Assembly: GCA_947630945.1 (NCBI GenBank)
Contig: CANRJN010000001.1
Span: 1 to 57,939, forward strand
Direction: 5' to 3'
Length of the DNA stretch: 57,939 nucleotides
Origin: an uncultured Bacilli bacterium
GTDB lineage: Bacteria; Bacillota_I; Bacilli_A; RF39; UBA660
The notes under the pieces were generated by a model that was not told where the DNA came from, searched no databases, and was given only the letters and a program-made list of their open reading frames with translations. Of the stretch, positions 1-10,897 are shown one piece after another; position 1 is the stretch's first letter; each line of letters starts with the position of its first letter. The position numbers and the translations under genes are program-made.

Positions 1-25
1 AAAATAAAAATATTGTACAACTATC

Positions 26-68
26 AAAAATGAGCAAGCCTAGTAATTATAAGGCTTTGCTCATTTTT
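26..68. terminator. Hairpin with flanking A/T runs; likely bidirectional rho-independent terminator 3' of the GT4 gene
   Basis: atgagcaagcc (30-40) pairs with ggctttgctcat (53-64, one bulge). A5 precedes and T5 follows. Lies just past the stop of minus-strand CDS 132..1223. Confidence 0.5.
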
Positions 69-131
69 ACTGCAAAATTCAAGATACTATAAAAATATAC
101 CATATAGATATATTAATGTCAAACAACTTTA

Positions 132-1223
132 CTACATAAAAATAATTTCTATAAACCTTTTTGAAACATCTTCAACCATATAATTTTCTTTTATAAATTC
201 TTTTTTAGCATCATATCTTTCCGTTTTACTTTTAACTATAATATTAGCCCAATACTTAGCACTTTTATCTAAACTTAAATATTTTATTTTTTTACTAATA
301 TTTGCTTCATGAGTAATCTTATTAGAAACAAAACATTGTAATCCTGATGCTTGTGCCTCTATAATAACATTTGGCATACCTTCAAAAAATGATGGAAATA
401 TTAAAGCATCCATTGCCATTAAGTATTCGTTTATATTCGATTGTGGTGGTAATATTATAACATTATTTTCTAAATTCAATTTCCTTATTTTATTTTTTAT
501 TTCACTTTCACATTCTCCCTTTCCTATTAAAAGAAGAACTGAATTTTTTTCAATTTTATTTATTTCATAAAAAATATCTAATAAAAAATTATGATTTTTT
601 TGTTTATTAAATCTTCCAATATGACCATAAATTTTTTTATTATCAAGATTTAACTCTTTTCTTATTTTAATTCTAACATTTTCATTAAACTTAAATTGGT
701 TATAATTTAATCCATTATGCAATATTATAACTTTCCCTTTTTTTACTGAATTTTTACCAAAGACAAACTCTGCCGCTTCTGTTGATGGTGCTACTTTAAC
801 ATTTGGAATTGTTTTAGGTAAAAATGAAAAAAAATTATTTATAAATACTTTTAATTTATTTCCAACAATTCCAGCATTACTTGATCTATATATTAATTTA
901 TTAGCACCACCCATTTTTGCTGCTAATAAATCAATAGCAGCAAGAGATTGTTGACTAGTTCTTAACACATATTCATATTTTTCATTTTTCACAATATTTT
1001 TAATATCAATGAAACACTTTATCGGATTTTTAGACTTCATATGAATATTAAATATTTTTCCACCCATTGAAATTATCTCATCATCATAAAAACCTTTATT
1101 ATTATCAGATACACAAAAATCCATTTGATATTTAGTTTTATCTAATTGTCTATAAACTTTCATTAAAAAAGTTTCTGCACCGCCTTGATTCATACTGCTT
1201 ACTATACATAATAATCTTTTCAT
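132..1223 (-). CDS. Glycosyltransferase, family 4-like (GT-B fold)
   Basis: 363 aa. N-terminal SSMNQGGAETF and C-terminal FFEGMPNVIIEAQASG (E-x7-E) motifs typical of GT4. Its ATG shares 1 nt with the stop of the upstream gene. Confidence 0.85.
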   Translation of the reverse strand: MKRLLCIVSSMNQGGAETFLMKVYRQLDKTKYQMDFCVSDNNKGFYDDEIISMGGKIFNIHMKSKNPIKCFIDIKNIVKNEKYEYVLRTSQQSLAAIDLLAAKMGGANKLIYRSSNAGIVGNKLKVFINNFFSFLPKTIPNVKVAPSTEAAEFVFGKNSVKKGKVIILHNGLNYNQFKFNENVRIKIRKELNLDNKKIYGHIGRFNKQKNHNFLLDIFYEINKIEKNSVLLLIGKGECESEIKNKIRKLNLENNVIILPPQSNINEYLMAMDALIFPSFFEGMPNVIIEAQASGLQCFVSNKITHEANISKKIKYLSLDKSAKYWANIIVKSKTERYDAKKEFIKENYMVEDVSKRFIEIIFM

Positions 1224-3076
1224 TATATCATCCTATCTATTAAAGTCTTTATTATAATTTCTGGTAAAAATTCATTATATTTTGATAATGCATTTTTCTT
1301 CATATTAAATAATTTTTCTTGGTTATTTAGTAAATCAACTAATTTATCATAAAAATCATCATTATTTCCAAATTCATAACTAATTCCTGTCATATTATTA
1401 TCAATAATTTCATCAAAATTTTCCCATTTAGCAGCAACGATTGGTAAAGCAGAGGCATAACAATCTAAAATTGTTCCTGGTATTCCCTCTGTTTTAAAAT
1501 GTGTAGGAAATAAAAATACATCATATTTTTTTAAAACACTTACAGTATCATATGGTTCAACTATACCACAATACCTAATTTCATCAGAAAAATTCTTTTT
1601 TAAATTCTCAAAAGTCTCATAATAATTTTTATCTATTGGTCCATAGATATCTAAATATATTTTAAATTTATGGCTTTTTTTATTTATTTTATTAATACAC
1701 CATATTGCATCTTCAATACCTTTTTCAAAAACAATTCTCGATAAAAAACAAGCATTAAATTTATTTTTATTTTTTATTTTTTTTATTTCTTTAATATTTA
1801 TAGGTGTTAAATGTTTAAAATTTTTCATAACTACAACATTTTTTAATCCTAGACTTTCTAATTTATTTTTTAAATTCATATTTTCAGTATAAATATAATT
1901 TAATTCTTTTAAATGTTTTATTAATTTTTTATCATTCTTAGAATTTTCAAATAACCATGATCCAATTAAAATATAATGTAAACATCTATTATATTTTTTA
2001 TTTAATTTATTAAATAATGGAATAAAAACTTTAACACCTTTATGTGCTGTTAGAATTATAATATTTTCGGATTTTTTTATTGCATTTAAACAATTAAAAA
2101 ATAATTTTATAGGATTTTTAATCCAATTATGAGTATCAACAATATTTATATTTTTTTTATCATATATTTTTATTAATTCATTATAAATACTTTCTGTCTT
2201 AATAGTTTGACCTCCAATATTGTTCTTACTTGAACAAAAATGTCCAACTATTGTAGCTTTATAATCAGTTTTATTCATTTTTTTTAATCTTAAAAATCTA
2301 TTAAATCCATAGTTAATAATATTACACATAGTTAAAACTGTTGATATTACTATATTAAAATCATTTACTTCTCTATGCATTTGAAAATGATATTTAATTA
2401 AACCAAACTTACTTCCAGAAGAAATAGAATTTTCATTTTTTCTATAATATGATAAAACATCATTGTATTTATAACCTACTTTTGATTTTTTTAAAAGTCT
2501 ACACCATAATGCATAATCATTTCTTTTTCTTAAATAAGGAATATTTTCTTTTCCTAATTTTTCTTGATTATATATAACTGTTAAACAACCAATAGAATTA
2601 CCAAGTAACATTCTAAAATAGCAAATTTTTTTAGGTGAAACAAACTTTTTATATAATAAATTTCCGTTTTTATCTATATATTCATAATCAGTATAGGAAA
2701 AATAAATTTTATTTTCTTCCATAAAATTAATTTGCTTTTCTAATTTATCTTTTTTCCATAAATCATCACTATCTAAAAAGGCAATATATTTCCCTTTTGA
2801 TTTTTCTATTGCTTTATTTCTAGCAACAGATGCACCACCTTTTTTTTCTAACTTAAAAAATTTAATTCTCTTATCATTTTTTTGATAAGATTTAACAATA
2901 TGTTCTGTTTTATCAGTAGATAAATCATCAACAATAATCATTTCCCAATTTTTATATGTTTGATTTATAACAGATTCTATTGTCTTGCTTATATATTTTT
3001 CACCATTATAAGAAGGTGTTATTATACTTACTAACGGCTTTATATAATCATCTGATGTCATTTTAATCCCTACCAT
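1223..3076 (-). CDS. Two-domain glycosyltransferase: N-terminal GT2 (GT-A) fused to C-terminal GT4-like (GT-B) domain
   Basis: 617 aa. SIITPSYNGEKYI...MIIVDDLSTD and LDSDD motifs (GT2) in the first ~250 aa. C-terminal FPTHFKTEGIPGTILDCYASALPIVA is GT4-like. An alternative ATG at 3061 (MTSDDY) would remove the 14-nt overlap with ugd. Confidence 0.8.
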   Translation of the reverse strand: MVGIKMTSDDYIKPLVSIITPSYNGEKYISKTIESVINQTYKNWEMIIVDDLSTDKTEHIVKSYQKNDKRIKFFKLEKKGGASVARNKAIEKSKGKYIAFLDSDDLWKKDKLEKQINFMEENKIYFSYTDYEYIDKNGNLLYKKFVSPKKICYFRMLLGNSIGCLTVIYNQEKLGKENIPYLRKRNDYALWCRLLKKSKVGYKYNDVLSYYRKNENSISSGSKFGLIKYHFQMHREVNDFNIVISTVLTMCNIINYGFNRFLRLKKMNKTDYKATIVGHFCSSKNNIGGQTIKTESIYNELIKIYDKKNINIVDTHNWIKNPIKLFFNCLNAIKKSENIIILTAHKGVKVFIPLFNKLNKKYNRCLHYILIGSWLFENSKNDKKLIKHLKELNYIYTENMNLKNKLESLGLKNVVVMKNFKHLTPINIKEIKKIKNKNKFNACFLSRIVFEKGIEDAIWCINKINKKSHKFKIYLDIYGPIDKNYYETFENLKKNFSDEIRYCGIVEPYDTVSVLKKYDVFLFPTHFKTEGIPGTILDCYASALPIVAAKWENFDEIIDNNMTGISYEFGNNDDFYDKLVDLLNNQEKLFNMKKNALSKYNEFLPEIIIKTLIDRMI

Positions 3077-4271
3077 ATAAATCTCTTGTATATACTTTTT
3101 CTTTTACATCTTTTAATTCTTCTGTAACTCTATTTGCAATAATTACATTTGAATTTTCCTTAAATTTATCTAAATCATCACATAATTTATAATCATCAAA
3201 ATATTCTTGATTTTTAAGAGTTGGCTCATATATTAAAATTTCAACACCATTATCTTTTAAAATTTTAATAACATCTCTTATGCTACTTGATCTAAAATTA
3301 TCACTTCCAGATTTCATAGTTAATCTATATACACCAACTATGTTTTTACCATTTTGATTTTCATTTAAAATTTTCATAATTCTATCAGCAATAAATTCTT
3401 TTCTAACTGCGTTACTTTCAACAATTGCTGTAATTAATTTTTGTGGAATATCTTTATAATTTGCAAGTAATTGTTTTGTATCTTTTGGTAAACAATATCC
3501 ACCATATCCAAAACTAGGATTGTTATAATACATTCCTATTCTAGGATCTAAGCAAATACCTTCAACAATTTCTTTTGTATTTAATCCGTTTTCCTCTGCA
3601 TAAGAGTCAATTTCATTAAAATACGCTACTCTTAATGCTAAATAAGTATTTGCAAATAATTTAATGCTTTCGGCTGATTTAGTTGTGTCAGTAAATAAAA
3701 CTGGGACATTTTTTTCAATAGCAACATTTTTTAATAATTCTGCAAATACATTAGATGATTTTACTGCTTCTTTACAATTTATATCTCTTCCAACAATAAT
3801 TCTACTTGGATAAAGATTATCATATAATGCTGTTCCTTCTTTACAAAATTCAGGACTAAATATAATATTTTTATAATTATATTTTTTTATTATACTTTCA
3901 GTATATCCAACTGGTATAGTTGACTTTATAACTATTGAAACAGATTGATTAACTTTTAATATATTTTCTATTACACTCTCAATACTACTTGTATCAAAAT
4001 ATCCTTTATTAGCATCATAGTTAGTTGGAGTGGCAATTATTATTAAATCTGCCCATTTATAAACAGGCTCTGCATTTAATGTTGCTTCTAAATCTAAACT
4101 TTCTTCTGCTAAATATCTTTCTACTTCTTTGTCGGCAATAGGAGATTTATGATTATTAATCATATCAACTTTTTCTTTTACTATATCAATTGCTTTAACT
4201 TGATTATCTTTACTCAATAAACAAGCAAGCGATAATCCAACGTATCCTGTTCCTACTATCCCTATTTTCAT
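3063..4271 (-). CDS. ugd: UDP-glucose 6-dehydrogenase
   Basis: 402 aa. MKIGIVGTGYVGLS Rossmann N-terminus and GYGGYCLPKD catalytic-Cys motif, with typical length. Confidence 0.9.
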   Translation of the reverse strand: MKIGIVGTGYVGLSLACLLSKDNQVKAIDIVKEKVDMINNHKSPIADKEVERYLAEESLDLEATLNAEPVYKWADLIIIATPTNYDANKGYFDTSSIESVIENILKVNQSVSIVIKSTIPVGYTESIIKKYNYKNIIFSPEFCKEGTALYDNLYPSRIIVGRDINCKEAVKSSNVFAELLKNVAIEKNVPVLFTDTTKSAESIKLFANTYLALRVAYFNEIDSYAEENGLNTKEIVEGICLDPRIGMYYNNPSFGYGGYCLPKDTKQLLANYKDIPQKLITAIVESNAVRKEFIADRIMKILNENQNGKNIVGVYRLTMKSGSDNFRSSSIRDVIKILKDNGVEILIYEPTLKNQEYFDDYKLCDDLDKFKENSNVIIANRVTEELKDVKEKVYTRDLYGRD

Positions 4272-4412
4272 CTACTACAACACTTCCTTTTGCTTATTGC
4301 TTATATAATTATAACATATTAAAATTAATAATACCATATAAACTATTTTTTTATATTAATCATTTTATTAATTGTTTATTAATTATGATTTTATCATAAC
4401 TTATATTTATAA

Positions 4413-5456
4413 TTAATAATCTGTTTTATATTTATTCAATAAATCATCATAATTTTTATTAGACAATTTCATATAATTTTGTTTAAATCTTTCATATTCT
4501 TGATTCCATGAGTTATATATATATATATTACGATGGTCATCTAAATTATAATTTTCTTTTAAATATTTTGAAAAATATAATGTGTATTTTGTTACGCCAT
4601 TTATATTAAAATGTGCACCATCTTTAAAATCTGTTTGATAATTTATTCCTAACTCTTTGCTATTTTTAAAATTTATGACTTTAAAATTTTTTTCTTTTAA
4701 ATAATTTTCTACATAATTTAATCTTTTTATAGCATAATCATGATAATTTCTTTCAGGAATTACAAACAAAACATTTAATTTTTCTGATTTTATATAATTT
4801 AACAAATCATCTAAAATTTCTTTATTTTCTTTTGGAAGTTCTTCTATTTTGTTATTAGTGTTAGAATTAATATTTACTGTTTTTAACGAATCCTCATTAA
4901 ACCAAAATCCCTTGTAAAAAACTCCTAAATATCTATTAGCAGTACCATCAAAAACATTTTTCCATTTATTATGATACAAAAAATAACTAAAATAATAATC
5001 TAATTTTGATTCGTTAAATTTCTTTTTATAATTTAATGCCACATTTAATAGTTCTAATTTATTTTTTGAAAATTTTAAAGAATCAGTAACTCTTCTTAGA
5101 TTTCCATCACTTTCATCCATAAGATTAATATCATAACCAAATTCAGTTAAAGTTATAACATATAATTTTGGATTTTGATATTTTTGTGCTTCTTTTATTA
5201 AATATTTTAAACAAACAATTGGATGTGAACCAGTAGTTAGAAATGCTGTTGTAAAACCATATTCATTATAAGCTAGTGTAGGATTAAAATGCATAAAAGA
5301 ATTACTTCCACCTAAATATATCACATCAATAGAGTTTTTTGGCTCTTTATAAAAATCGCTTATAGAGGTTTCTTCTAACCATAAAACATTAAAAACTACA
5401 TTAAATAAAATCAAAAAAATAAAAGAAAATAATATAAAATTTATAGCATTTTTCAT
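4413..5456 (-). CDS. Membrane-anchored extracytoplasmic SGNH/DltD-AlgJ-like acyltransferase/esterase, paralog 1 of 5
   Basis: 347 aa with one N-terminal TM helix. YLGGSNS (block-I Ser) and DGAHFN (Asp-x-x-His). Aligns end to end with its four paralogs through shared blocks FYxEPKNSxDVxY, KYQNPKLY, DSxKFSxN, YYFSxxLYHNKWK, LNVLFVIP and NIYIYNSW. Confidence 0.7.
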   Translation of the reverse strand: MKNAINFILFSFIFLILFNVVFNVLWLEETSISDFYKEPKNSIDVIYLGGSNSFMHFNPTLAYNEYGFTTAFLTTGSHPIVCLKYLIKEAQKYQNPKLYVITLTEFGYDINLMDESDGNLRRVTDSLKFSKNKLELLNVALNYKKKFNESKLDYYFSYFLYHNKWKNVFDGTANRYLGVFYKGFWFNEDSLKTVNINSNTNNKIEELPKENKEILDDLLNYIKSEKLNVLFVIPERNYHDYAIKRLNYVENYLKEKNFKVINFKNSKELGINYQTDFKDGAHFNINGVTKYTLYFSKYLKENYNLDDHRNIYIYNSWNQEYERFKQNYMKLSNKNYDDLLNKYKTDY

Positions 5457-5465
5457 TTCTACTCC

Positions 5466-6536
5466 CTAATCAGAAATATTGTTTTTATATTTTAATAAAA
5501 TTGTGTCAAAATCTTTTTTCACATATGAATTGAAATTTTTCTTAAATCTTTCATATTCACTCTTCCATGAATTATATATATATATATTACGACAATCATT
5601 TAAATCATAATTTTCTTTTAAATATTTTCCAAAATAAAGTGTAAATTTTGTTGCTCCATATACATTTAAATGAGCATAATCACATAATTCAGTTTTATAA
5701 TCTATTTTAAAATCTTCTAAATTATTAAAGTTAATAACTTGATAATTTTCTCTTTCAATAAGATTTTTAGCATAATTTAATTTTTTAATACCACCATTAT
5801 CATATGTTCTAGCAGGTATAATAAACAAAACATTTAAATCATTGTCTTTTATATATTTTAATAAATCTAATAAGGCTTTTTCATTAAAATTAGATAATTT
5901 AATAATATCATTATTCCATTCATAGTCATCATATTTTACTATTTTTTCACTAAAACTATATCCTTTATATAAATCATTTCTTTCACGTTTTGCAGTACCT
6001 TTAAATACATCTTTCCATTTATTATGATATAAAACAAAACTAAAATAATAATTTATATAATTTTTATTATTTTCACCATTATTTTCTAACAACTCATTTA
6101 TTAAATTTAACCTATTTAGTGAAAATTTCATTGAATCTACTCCATTTCTAATTCTTCCCTCATCAGGTAAATTATCATTTAATATTTGTCCTAAATCAAT
6201 TACGAAAATTTTTGGATTTTGATATTTTTTTGCTTCTTCTATAAAATATTTAACTGTCAAAAAAGATTGAGAATGGTATGCAAAAAGCCCTGTTGTAAAA
6301 CCATATTCATTATAGGCTAACGTTGGATTAAAATGAGAAATAACATTACTACTTCCAACATAGACTATATCTAATGAATTTTTTGGTTCTTCATAAAAAT
6401 AATTAATAGATGTTTTTTCTAACCATAAGACGTTAAAAACAATTTTAAACAATATTAAAAAAATTGCTACAAAACTAATTATTTTTACTACATTTTTCAT
6501 TACAAACTCCTTTAATCCATTATTTTTTATATTCAT
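5466..6536 (-). CDS. SGNH/DltD-AlgJ-like protein, paralog 2 of 5
   Basis: 356 aa. YVGSSNV and DYAHLN motifs plus an N-terminal TM helix. The real start is probably the internal MKNVVKII (ATG at 6500), which removes the overlap with the upstream paralog. Confidence 0.7.
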   Translation of the reverse strand: MNIKNNGLKEFVMKNVVKIISFVAIFLILFKIVFNVLWLEKTSINYFYEEPKNSLDIVYVGSSNVISHFNPTLAYNEYGFTTGLFAYHSQSFLTVKYFIEEAKKYQNPKIFVIDLGQILNDNLPDEGRIRNGVDSMKFSLNRLNLINELLENNGENNKNYINYYFSFVLYHNKWKDVFKGTAKRERNDLYKGYSFSEKIVKYDDYEWNNDIIKLSNFNEKALLDLLKYIKDNDLNVLFIIPARTYDNGGIKKLNYAKNLIERENYQVINFNNLEDFKIDYKTELCDYAHLNVYGATKFTLYFGKYLKENYDLNDCRNIYIYNSWKSEYERFKKNFNSYVKKDFDTILLKYKNNISD

Positions 6537-7545
6537 TTATTAAATAATCATAATTCTCTTTAAAAATTTTTTTATAATTTTCTTCCAAACGTATATGTTC
6601 TTTTTCCCATGAACTATATATATATATATTACGATGATCACTTAAATTATATTTTTCTTTTAAATATTTTCCAAAATATAAAGTATATTTTGTTGCACCA
6701 AAAATATTTAAATGTCCGCCATCATTAAAATCTTTTAAATAATCTATTTTATAATCTTCTAAATTATTAAAGTTAATAACTGAATAATTTTTATTTTCAA
6801 TTATTTTTGAGGCCTCATTTAATTGTCTTGCAACTGTATTATTAAAAATTCTTGCTGGAATGACAAATAATACATTTAAATCATTCTCTTTTATATATTC
6901 TAATAAATCTAATAATTCTTTATGATTGTATTCTGGTAATTCCCTAGTATCTTCTACCCATTTGTAACTTATTTGTGGTTCAATTTTATCATTAAAAGTA
7001 TATCCCTTATATAAATTTTCATTTTCATTTTTTAAATCGCCACTTAAAATATCTTTCCATCTATTATGATATAAATTAAAACTAAAATAATAATTTATAT
7101 AATCAGTATATGGAACACTATAGTGTGATAATTTTTTATTTATAAGTTTAATACGATTTAAAGAAAATTTCATTGAATCTGCTCCTGTTCTTATTTCACC
7201 TGAATCAATATTTTTATGCTCATTAATAATTTGTGCAATATCAATGATATAAAGTTTTGGATTTTGATATTTTCTTACTTCTTCTATAAAATATTTAATT
7301 GTATCAAATGATTGTGAATAAGTAGCATATATACTAGTAGTAAATCCATATTCTTTATATGCTAATGTTGGAATATAATGTGCTATTACATTACTAGATC
7401 CAATATAAGCAACGTCCATAGAATTTTTTGGTTCCTCATAAAAATAACTAATTGATGTTTTTCTTAACCAAAGAGTATTAAAAACTTCTATAAATAAAAT
7501 AACAAAAATAATTAAAAATAGCGTTGCTTTTATTACTTTTTTCAT
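6520..7545 (-). CDS. SGNH/DltD-AlgJ-like protein, paralog 3 of 5
   Basis: 341 aa. YIGSSNV and DGGHLN motifs, N-terminal TM helix, same conserved blocks as its neighbours. Confidence 0.7.
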   Translation of the reverse strand: MKKVIKATLFLIIFVILFIEVFNTLWLRKTSISYFYEEPKNSMDVAYIGSSNVIAHYIPTLAYKEYGFTTSIYATYSQSFDTIKYFIEEVRKYQNPKLYIIDIAQIINEHKNIDSGEIRTGADSMKFSLNRIKLINKKLSHYSVPYTDYINYYFSFNLYHNRWKDILSGDLKNENENLYKGYTFNDKIEPQISYKWVEDTRELPEYNHKELLDLLEYIKENDLNVLFVIPARIFNNTVARQLNEASKIIENKNYSVINFNNLEDYKIDYLKDFNDGGHLNIFGATKYTLYFGKYLKEKYNLSDHRNIYIYSSWEKEHIRLEENYKKIFKENYDYLINEYKK

Positions 7546-7570
7546 TAATTATTAATTCCTTTCATGTTGT

Positions 7571-8611
7571 TTAATAATTATTTAAATAATAATCAAAATT
7601 TTGTTTAGTCATATTTTCAAAATCTTTTTTAAACCTTTCATATTCTTTATCCCATGAATTATATATATTCGAATTTTCATTTTTAATATTGTATTTTTCA
7701 CTTATATATTTTCCAAAATAAAGTGTAAATTTTGTTGCTCCATATACATTTAAATGTGATGAATCTTTAAAATCTGTACCATAATCTATATTCAAATCTT
7801 CAACTTCGTTAAAATTAATTACATCATAATTATAAGAATTTATAATTTTTGAGGTATTATTTAATTTTTGTTGATATTCTGTTGAATAAAGTCTAGGTGG
7901 TATTATAAATACTACATTTAAATCATTTTCTTTTATATAATTTAATAAATCATATAATATCTCTTTTTCTTCATTATTTATTTCAATTTCTTTTGTACTC
8001 CATTTTTCTTCATTTTGTGGTCTAATTCTTATAGAGCCTTCTTTTTCATCAAATATAAAACCCTTATAAATTGTATCATCTTCTCTTTTTATTGATCCAT
8101 CAAACAAATACTTCCATTTATTATGATATTTTAAAAAACTAAAATAATAATTAATGTAATTTCTATCTTTTTCATCATAATATTTTAATATATTATTAAT
8201 TAAGTTTATTCTGTTTAATGAAAATTTCATTGAATCAGTTATATTTCTAGTTCTTCCTTCATCATAAACTATGTCTTCATTATTAATTTGTACTAAATCG
8301 ATTACATAAAGTTTCGGATTCTGATATTTTTGTGCTTCTTTTATTAAATATTTTATTGCAATAAATGATTGAGAATGCCATGATAAAAGACTAGTAGTAA
8401 ATCCATATTTATTAAATGCAAGAGTTGGATTAAAATGCATAACAACATTACTTGAACCTAAATAAACAACATCTATTGAATTTTTGGGTTCTTCATAAAA
8501 ATAACTTATAGAATTTTTTCTTAACCATAATTTATCAAAAACAAAAGAAAATATTAAAATAAATATAATGCAAAATATAATACTTTTTATAATTTTTTTC
8601 ATATACTTCAC
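7571..8611 (-). CDS. SGNH/DltD-AlgJ-like protein, paralog 4 of 5
   Basis: 346 aa. YLGSSNV and DSSHLN motifs with an N-terminal TM helix. It is the only paralog lacking the IYIY/(TA)n tract (NIYNSW instead). Confidence 0.7.
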   Translation of the reverse strand: MKYMKKIIKSIIFCIIFILIFSFVFDKLWLRKNSISYFYEEPKNSIDVVYLGSSNVVMHFNPTLAFNKYGFTTSLLSWHSQSFIAIKYLIKEAQKYQNPKLYVIDLVQINNEDIVYDEGRTRNITDSMKFSLNRINLINNILKYYDEKDRNYINYYFSFLKYHNKWKYLFDGSIKREDDTIYKGFIFDEKEGSIRIRPQNEEKWSTKEIEINNEEKEILYDLLNYIKENDLNVVFIIPPRLYSTEYQQKLNNTSKIINSYNYDVINFNEVEDLNIDYGTDFKDSSHLNVYGATKFTLYFGKYISEKYNIKNENSNIYNSWDKEYERFKKDFENMTKQNFDYYLNNY

Positions 8612-8620
8612 CTAACAATT

Positions 8621-10147
8621 TTAAAAATTTCTATAAATAAATGTAGTTGGATCATAACCTACACCGTAACAACCAAAAATAATAATAAAGAATATTAGTG
8701 AAAATAATATAATCCATCTAAATACTATATTTTGATTAAATAGTTTTTCTCTGACTGATCCTGTTCTTGATAATAGTTCAACTATAAATAATACTACTAA
8801 TGAAATAATTAAAATTATAAAATCATATCTATCTAAACCAGCAGTATATAGCATATTTAAATTAAAGAAATTTAAAAAGTTGAGAGGAACCATACTTTTA
8901 ATGATTTCTAATCCATTTGTAACACTACTTGCTCTAAAAAATATCATAGAAAATGAGAATAATAAATAAGTTCTCAAAACTTGATATAGCTTATAACTAA
9001 ATACATCTGTTTTTATTCCTATTTTTTTATTTATTTTATCTGATAATGGTCCTAATAAATCTTCAAAGAATATATAAATAAATTGTAATAATCCCGTTGC
9101 AATTATAAATGTGTAAGCACCTCCATGCCATATACCTATAATTATCCACATCACAAACATAGATATAAACATTGGAATTTTTTTGCCAACCTTTTTACCA
9201 AATTTATCTTTACAAATTTTATTTAATTTTTGCATTAAATCTGATTTTAATAATGGATAAAATATATAATCTTTTAACCACGCGCCCAGTGTAATATGCC
9301 AATTTCTCCAAAATTCTGTTATAGTTTTTGAGAAAAATGGAACTTTAAAATTTTCTGGTAATTCAATTCCGATAATCTCACTTACACCCATTATTATGTC
9401 AATTGATCCTGAAAAGTTTGTATAAAGTTGTAATGGAAATAATAAAGCAGCAAAAATTGTGTATAATCCATAAAATTTACTATAATTTCCATAAACTCCA
9501 TTTACAAAATACCCTATTCTAGTAGATATAACTATTATTTTAAATACTCCCCATAATATTCTTACAAGCCCACTACACATTCTATCATAATTGAATTTAT
9601 GACCTTCAAATAATTTTTCTCTCATATCTTCATATCTAATAAAAGGTCCTGAACTTAAAATTGGAAAATATGTCATAAACAAAGCACTTTTAAATATATT
9701 TTTTTCTGCTTTTGAGCCTCTATAAACATCTGTTAAATATCCAATCATAATTAAAGAATAATAACTAAGACCTATTAATGAATTTCTTTCAACTAAATTA
9801 AACTTAAAATTTATATTAAATAAATTACATATATGATGAATAGTTATTAAAAATAAATTTGAATATTTAAAATAAATTAAAACTAATAATATTAATGTAA
9901 TACCTATTAACAGAAACACTTTTGATTTTTTAGTATTTTTATATTTTTCTATTAATCTAGCAAATATATATGCTGATAAAAAAACTATTAATGCTTGTAT
10001 TACCGTTATAACATTAAAATTTTTATAAAATAAGAAAAATAAACTTGATAATAATAACACTATCCATTTTATTTTTTTAGGAATCACAAAATAAATTAAA
10101 ATTGTTATAATGCAAAATACTGCAAAAACTAAACTTGTTAAATTCAT
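8621..10147 (-). CDS. MBOAT-family membrane O-acyltransferase (DltB/AlgI/PatA-like)
   Basis: 508 aa, polytopic. FWRNWHITLGAWLKDYIFYPL and IIGIWHGG (conserved His) are MBOAT signatures. Confidence 0.85.
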   Translation of the reverse strand: MNLTSLVFAVFCIITILIYFVIPKKIKWIVLLLSSLFFLFYKNFNVITVIQALIVFLSAYIFARLIEKYKNTKKSKVFLLIGITLILLVLIYFKYSNLFLITIHHICNLFNINFKFNLVERNSLIGLSYYSLIMIGYLTDVYRGSKAEKNIFKSALFMTYFPILSSGPFIRYEDMREKLFEGHKFNYDRMCSGLVRILWGVFKIIVISTRIGYFVNGVYGNYSKFYGLYTIFAALLFPLQLYTNFSGSIDIIMGVSEIIGIELPENFKVPFFSKTITEFWRNWHITLGAWLKDYIFYPLLKSDLMQKLNKICKDKFGKKVGKKIPMFISMFVMWIIIGIWHGGAYTFIIATGLLQFIYIFFEDLLGPLSDKINKKIGIKTDVFSYKLYQVLRTYLLFSFSMIFFRASSVTNGLEIIKSMVPLNFLNFFNLNMLYTAGLDRYDFIILIISLVVLFIVELLSRTGSVREKLFNQNIVFRWIILFSLIFFIIIFGCYGVGYDPTTFIYRNF

Positions 10148-10162
10148 AATACTCCCTACTTT

Positions 10163-10897
10163 CTACATTATATTACCATTTGTAATGGCAATATTTTGTC
10201 CTGTTATACTTCCAGCTGAATCATGTAATAAAAATTCAATTAATGGAAGTACTTCTTCAACTGTTAAATTTGCTCCTGTTGGACTATTCATAGCATTTTG
10301 CTGTACTAATAATTCTGGAACATTTTGTAAAAATTTTGTTTCTATCATAGTTGGAGATACACCATTTATTCTTATACCTTTATCAGCATATTCAGTTGAC
10401 AATGCTTTTACTAAACCAAGTAAAGCATATTTAGAAGTAACATATGATGATAAATATTTTGGAGGAATATTTGTTGTACAAGAAGTTAACATTACAACAA
10501 TTCTTCCAAATTTATTTTTAGACATTATTGGTAAAAAGCCATTCAATATTATTACTAATGAACGAAGTGCTATATTTATATCTGTTTGGAATTTTTCCCA
10601 AGTAATTTTATTAAATTTAATATTTTCAAATTTTCCTGCTGGAAGATGAACTATATGTGTTGGAACTTTATTCATATTTTTTATTTCTTCTACAAATTTA
10701 TAAGTATCTTCTTCATCTAAAAAGTTTCCCTTTAATAAAATTAATTTATCACCTATTTCATTTTTTAATTCTTGTAATTTACTATCATCACCAACATGAT
10801 GAGCAATAATATAATTATAATCATTGTAAATATTTTTAATTAAATTTGTACCTATATCACTTGATGCACCTGTTACTAATAATATTTTTTCATTCAT
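10163..10897 (-). CDS. Short-chain dehydrogenase/reductase (FabG-like)
   Basis: 244 aa. TGASSDIG cofactor-binding motif and S...YVTSK (YxxxK) catalytic motif. Confidence 0.85.
   Translation of the reverse strand: MNEKILLVTGASSDIGTNLIKNIYNDYNYIIAHHVGDDSKLQELKNEIGDKLILLKGNFLDEEDTYKFVEEIKNMNKVPTHIVHLPAGKFENIKFNKITWEKFQTDINIALRSLVIILNGFLPIMSKNKFGRIVVMLTSCTTNIPPKYLSSYVTSKYALLGLVKALSTEYADKGIRINGVSPTMIETKFLQNVPELLVQQNAMNSPTGANLTVEEVLPLIEFLLHDSAGSITGQNIAITNGNIM

Noticed and set aside
10110-10649. 179-aa plus-strand ORF
   Set aside because: It lies entirely antisense to the well-supported SDR gene and the MBOAT 5' end. It is a low-complexity hydrophobic translation typical of shadow ORFs in AT-rich DNA, with no Shine-Dalgarno.
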